Shown piece by piece: positions 63,380-64,000 of a stretch of DNA of 64,000 nucleotides. The stretch lies in NCBI RefSeq assembly GCF_036321535.1, contig NC_087438.1:92194001-92258000 (forward strand), read 5' to 3'. The translations under genes were made by a program, and so were the position numbers. Source of the stretch: Camelus dromedarius (lineage: Eukaryota). Within the stretch, counting starts at the first letter, position 1, and each line of letters opens with the position of its first letter. Under the pieces are notes generated by a model that worked only from the letters and a program-made list of their open reading frames with translations, ran no database searches and was not told the DNA's origin.

Positions 63380-64000
63380 GTGTGGTGACAGATGTTAAAC
63401 AGACTTACTGTGGTGATCACTTTGCAATATACACATACATGCAATCATTATGTTGTATTCCTAAAACCAATATAATGTTATATATCAAGTAGATCTCAAT
63501 ACAAAACAAAACAAAATAAACCTTGCAAAACTTATTTCAGTAGCCAACAGGACAAACTGACAAAATATGTCAGCATACAGAAGGTTTGAAAACATGACTA
63601 ATCTAACTGAATTATATAGATCCCTGCCCCCAATTTATGCAGAAAACATATTCTTTTCAAATACAGAACATTACAAAAATACACCATATACTATACTCTT
63701 TCATAAAGCAACTTAACAAATTTCAAAAGATTGCTACATGTAGACTACTTTCCAACCCCAAAGCAATTGAAGTGGAAGTACTAACCGAAAGACAACTAGA
63801 AAATCTCTACGTTTGGAAATCAAGTAACATACTTTTAAATAACTCTTGGGACAAAGGTGAAATCACAATGAAATTAAAAAACACTTAAACTGAGTTATAA
63901 AAATATTATATACTAAATCTCAGGGATGTAGTTAAAGCAACATTTAGAGGAAAATATGTAGTCTAACCGCTTCTATCAGAGAAAGAAAAAAGGCTTAAAA
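63380..64000 (+). mobile_element. L1 remnants (a 3' end and an ORF2 endonuclease-region fragment)
   Basis: cttactgtggtgatcactttgcaatatacaca (L1 3' end) and gcagaaaacatattcttttcaaat...ggacaaaggtgaaatcacaatgaaatta (ORF2). Confidence 0.65.

Overview
Mammalian genomic DNA, most likely a camelid (five copies of a tRNA-Ala-derived SINE resembling camelid vic-1). It carries the conserved block syntenic to human 5q31.1: SOWAHA (+, intronless), SHROOM1 (-, 7 coding exons), a repeat-rich intergenic stretch of about 17 kb, GDF9 (-, 2 exons), UQCRQ (+, head-to-head with GDF9), LEAP2 (+, 3 exons) and the 3' part of AFF4 (-, 8 coding exons plus a 3' UTR of about 5.7 kb). I traced exon boundaries by hand from splice signals and reading-frame continuity. 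Gene identities and comparisons with human or sheep rest on recalled sequences, not on database searches. I see no CRISPR array, no genuine rRNA or tRNA gene and no clearly new multi-gene system. The most unusual observations are: (1) L1-type retrotransposition products with target-site duplications, including an apparent orphan transduction in the SOWAHA 3' UTR, a polyadenylated ERV-LTR retrocopy and a sense-oriented L1 tail in an AFF4 intron; (2) substitutions in the normally conserved mature LEAP2 and GDF9 peptides; (3) two short near-exact templated duplications and eight N-runs that may be assembly artefacts.
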